This document shows, piece after piece, positions 63,140-64,000 of a DNA stretch of 64,000 bases. Under the pieces are notes generated by a model, which saw nothing but the letters and a program-made list of their open reading frames with translations, ran no database searches and had not been told where the DNA came from. Position numbers and translations under genes: made by a program. Source of the DNA: Entomortierella parvispora E1425. Lineage: Eukaryota; Fungi; Mortierellomycota. The stretch is taken from contig BQFW01000017.1 of NCBI GenBank assembly GCA_020891255.1, positions 31,344 through 95,343 of the forward strand, written 5' to 3'. Positions within the stretch are counted from its first letter, which is position 1. The number at the start of each line of letters is the position of its first letter.

Positions 63140-63847
63140 CACACTCGGTCTCCTGTTGCTAGTGGATTGTCCTTTCAAGCGCCCAACAGTCGTTCTCTCA
63201 CCCCAAACTGCAGACTTTGCTCTTTTCCCTTCCCATACTTCGTGAAATGCACCTACGAAGTGTCTAAGTGGCTAGCTCTCGGCTCCTGTCACCACTTCAC
63301 TCCTCCATCTTAAGAGAGAATTTTTTTTCAAAAAAAAAAACGAAATATAAGAACAGCAATTACACATCAACCACCTTGTCACTCACCAGTTTTTCTTCAT
63401 GAATGTAGACCTCTGATGAATAGGCACCTCCCCATACGAAAAACACCTTGGTCATCAACGTAGATGTCAAGAAACAGGCGTTCGATTTTCACAAAAAAAG
63501 AGATTCAAAAATGCAATTGCTCGAGATCCACCTTATGGATTGATGATTTTGTTAGCTTGATAGAATACGTATGAGGAGAACTCTCTAATGCACCGTATCT
63601 CATATCTCTACGAAGGAAAAAAACACCTTGTTTTTTTATCTTCAGAAAAGCGAGGCCGAAGCCGAATTCGAACCCGGGAGCAAAAGTAAACAAAAGGAAC
63701 ACCTAATAGTCCAGAAAATCTAAGCCACCAAACATCTACACATTTCCTTTTTAGGAAATAACAGAAAACGCATCGTACGGTCAGTCTGAATAGAGCAAAC
63801 GATGCACAGACACTCCAGGACATCGTTAAACTGTATAAATACGCGAG

Positions 63848-63969
63848 TTTAGGGTTTTTTTAGGGTTTTTTAGGGTTTTTTAGGGTTTTTTAGGGTTTTT
63901 TTAGGGTTTTTTAGGGTTTTTTTAGGGTTTTTTAGGGTTTTTTAGGGTTTTAGGGTTTTAGGGTTTTAG
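63848..63969 (+). repeat. Telomeric repeat array T(3-7)AGGG, mostly TTTTTTAGGG
   Basis: 12 complete units plus a partial one, with the G-rich strand pointing to the window end. Confidence 0.9.
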
Positions 63970-64000
63970 ACCCGGCAAAAGTGCACACGACTGCCAGGAT

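Noticed and set aside
63451-63462. YVDD on the minus strand near the telomere as an RT or Penelope-like remnant
   Set aside because: It sits in a 36-codon stretch between stops with no other RT motifs.
63662-63678. tRNA B-box-like CCCGGGTTCGAATTCGG on the minus strand
   Set aside because: No cloverleaf or acceptor stem can be built, and the upstream A-box-like match is weak.

Overview
Intron-rich, gene-dense fungal chromosome segment, most likely Mortierellaceae. This is inferred from gene content, GT/GC-AG introns with CTRAY branch sites and a TTTTTTAGGG telomeric repeat, which I recall from Mortierella alpina but have not verified. Bases 1-51,005 hold 17 spliced protein-coding genes: site-2-protease-like 5' end, FAM114-like, USP10/Ubp3, Sdt1-like nucleotidase, APC permease, VHS-GAT adaptor, actinobacterial-type class-2 lipase, RING-H2 ligase, HSL-family esterase, Yvc1 TRP channel, RNF216-like RBR ligase, DENND6, an orphan with a USP8/AMSH-type MIT domain, acyl-CoA oxidase, RecQ1-like helicase, a SAPS-like protein, PEX5 and an Ivy1-like I-BAR protein with a 53-Q tract (the first is partial). 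From about 51 kb the sequence looks subtelomeric: decayed ORFs, duplicated modules and CT-rich minisatellites. It then carries a very young 5,068-bp Ty3/Gypsy chromovirus (identical 111-bp LTRs, CACAC target-site duplication) inserted 708 bp from a T(3-7)AGGG array. The most unusual signals are in the retroelement: an extended tRNAi-Met-complementary primer-binding region and a gag-pro-pol junction needing either stop readthrough or several frame changes. A candidate 4-nt poison microexon in the acyl-CoA oxidase also stands out. Gene coordinates span introns; exon joins and family assignments were made by eye without database searches.
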